DNA from: Botryllus schlosseri
Lineage: Eukaryota
Direction: 5' to 3'
Length of the DNA stretch: 64,000 nt
Assembly: GCA_051294905.1 (NCBI GenBank)
Contig: CM119372.1
Location: 11,038,001-11,102,000, forward strand
The position numbers and the translations under genes are program-made. The notes under the pieces are model-generated. The model saw only the letters and a list, made by a program, of their open reading frames with translations, did no database searches and was not told where the DNA came from. This document shows, piece by piece, positions 62,581-64,000 of the stretch (positions are counted from its first letter, which is position 1; each line of letters begins with the position of its first letter).

Positions 62581-64000
62581 ATCTAGACACTACAACAGAA
62601 TGCTTGAGACATATTTAGTCGGTACAGATGGACATCATAACTGCAGCTAGGCAAAATGATGTACCGTACTGATTTGATTTTCAGTCAAGGATTGGCCTTC
62701 GAGTCAAGTAATTCAGGGTCATTCAAAAAAAGACATCAATCTGATCATGTTGCGCGCATTGTGGAAATAAAAAAAATTTACTTCAGATTTAGAAAAACAG
62801 CTCAATCGCATCAAATACAGTATGCCATTCCACGCCAGGCTCATTATTAGCAGTAATGCTTCAATGATCTAGCACAGTAGTTCCCAAAGGGGGCGACATG
62901 GATTATATACATACCATACGTAATGAAGTCAATTCCTTGTCTGTTCGATCCAGCTTTGACTTGAGTGATTCAATAAGCTCGTCTCTTCTCTTAATTTCAT
63001 CACCTGACCATGAAAAACGCTAGTATAATTCCATGCATCTGTACTGAATGAATTTTAATCATTCCAAAATCGAAACCAAATAACGTGTGACCAGTGGCGT
63101 ATCCAGGGGGGGGTTTTAGGGGGTCGGAACCCCCCCCTTTTCAAAATCCTAAAAATTCATGTTAAATATAGCCTCTAATATTTGCTAATTTATTAGTTCA
63201 ACATATTCATTTTTACGTATGAGAAGGCGAATATGGCGTCTTGATGTTATTTAAGGGGACTAAAACCCCTACAAAATATTGGAATTATGCGCCGAATTAG
63301 TCGAAAGGATAAAATAGGTCGTTATATTTCGCTAATTGCGTACGAATTCTGCGCTTGTTCAGCTACATTTCAGATGTGGCAGATGCTGACGTTCACAACT
63401 TTCTTCCCTCGATTTCTCTCTCGCCTTACTAAAACGAGAGACGCATTTTAGGAAAATCTAATCTAATTGGCCGACGCGATACCGCCGATACGTAATTGCA
63501 AAGACAAAGTTGTCGGCAATGAACATCGCCCGCGAATTCGCTACACCTGCTCGCCTTGAAATCCTAATTAAGAATTGCACGGCGTGTTGATTGATCAGCG
63601 AGACGCAGACAAGGCGGCACCGGTACGACAATGCTGTTCTCAAATCCACATTGTCTTCGCGATTATCGGCGAGAAATGCCCTACGATTGACATTCACATT
63701 TCAAAATACAAGCCTAGCAATCCACGTTCTCGATTGTTAGGTGGCTTGCTGTCGTCCAAATACAGGCCTATGTTGCCGCTGAACGGGAGAATTGAGTAGG
63801 CCTATTAGTAAAGTTAACGTAATGATATCGGCTGACAAGGTCCTCTGTCGCTCAAGTTATTATCCCAGTGTGTACTCTGTATTAATAGAGCGACTTGCGT
63901 GCCTACAATTAAGGGCTAATTATCTTCGCGCGTACTAAACGCTCAACCGTGCGGCTGATAAAGCCATCGAAATGCACACATTCGTGTGCAGCTGTACACT

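Overview
Eukaryotic (animal) genomic DNA: AT-rich, many 55-90 bp GT-AG introns, dense non-autonomous transposons. A marine invertebrate such as a tunicate is plausible but cannot be established from the sequence. The left 42 kb is one giant minus-strand gene that the ORF track does not report. I reconstructed by hand 35 phase-consistent coding exons, from an ATG at 42198 to beyond the window start (>=9,457 aa). Architecture: signal peptide, three sushi/CCP-like domains, a von Willebrand factor/gel-forming-mucin D1-D2-D'-D3 head, then one uninterrupted exon of >=23,725 bp. That exon encodes four [Gly/Ala/Asp/Val spacer + VWC-like Cys module] units followed by ~64 near-identical 103-aa repeats (309 bp). 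The repeat is cysteine-free, only ~9% Pro/Thr/Ser, has no N-glycosylation sequon and shows a beta-strand/Gly-turn pattern, so it is not a mucin PTS domain. The long plus-strand ORFs and the 87-aa minus ORFs over the array are shadows. The right 22 kb is a nest of mobile elements: a truncated Gypsy element, a LINE, a tRNA-derived SINE, many hAT-type MITEs with 8-bp TSDs and a Penelope-like remnant with a 146-bp inverted repeat. Two minimal hammerhead-ribozyme motifs (41593 and 55066) show compensatory base changes.
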